From contig CAWAWS010000009.1 in the NCBI GenBank assembly GCA_963785725.1, forward strand, positions 1 to 64,000: a DNA stretch of 64,000 nt, read 5' to 3'. The notes beneath the pieces were generated by a model. The model had not been told where the DNA came from. It saw nothing but the letters and a program-made list of their open reading frames with translations, and did no database searches. Origin of the DNA: an uncultured delta proteobacterium (GTDB lineage Bacteria > Myxococcota_A > Polyangia > Palsa-1104). The first letter of the stretch is position 1; every line of letters starts with the position of its first letter. Of the stretch, positions 63,901 to 64,000 are shown piece after piece. The translations under genes and the position numbers were made by a program.

Positions 63901-64000
63901 TTGTCGAAGTAGTACTGGCCGAACGCGAAGAACGCGTACGGCACGTACTTCGACTTCGGATAGTCTTTGACGAGGCGCTTGAAGTACTTGCGGGCGGCGT
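60968..64000 (-). CDS. gltD: Gliding motility TPR protein GltD/AgmU-like (5' end outside window; frameshift near 62190)
   Basis: TPR blocks, WVIAAAARIG, and C-terminal CLNKSTELSFSDEWSQLCEAELNQIKPIEYPLAAE. Immediately upstream of gltE. Confidence 0.78.

Overview
High-GC bacterial DNA, most likely from a Myxococcota (Polyangia/Haliangia-like) genome, judged from the AglRQS motor and the GltD/E/F/G/I gliding genes. Many single-base frameshifts fall in housekeeping genes, so this is probably an error-prone long-read assembly. The main result is a roughly 15 kb sterol-biosynthesis neighbourhood (1.2-16.4 kb). It holds an oxidosqualene cyclase (DCTAE motif) translationally coupled to a Rieske oxygenase and an SDR (SdmA/SdmB-like C-4 demethylase pair), and a divergently transcribed ERG6/SMT1-like sterol C-24 methyltransferase. 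It also holds a plant FACKEL-like C-14 reductase, a homolog of plant cyclopropylsterol (cycloeucalenol) cycloisomerase CPI1, a second SdmB-like SDR, a GGR-family flavin reductase, a hydrolase and an acyltransferase. Together these resemble a plant-style route to 24-alkyl sterols that uses a bacterial C-4 demethylase. A Tes/GDGT-MAS-family radical SAM enzyme (membrane-spanning lipid synthase homolog) lies at 23.1-25.0 kb behind a sigma54-type promoter. The rest of the window holds glyQS, sdhCAB, an ABC transporter, a peptidase, a hydantoinase/oxoprolinase and a roughly 12 kb TPR gene (AgmK/GltI-like). The first ~510 bp look like a chimeric junction. No rRNA, tRNA, CRISPR array or IS element was seen. 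All family calls come from motif recognition by eye, with no database search.
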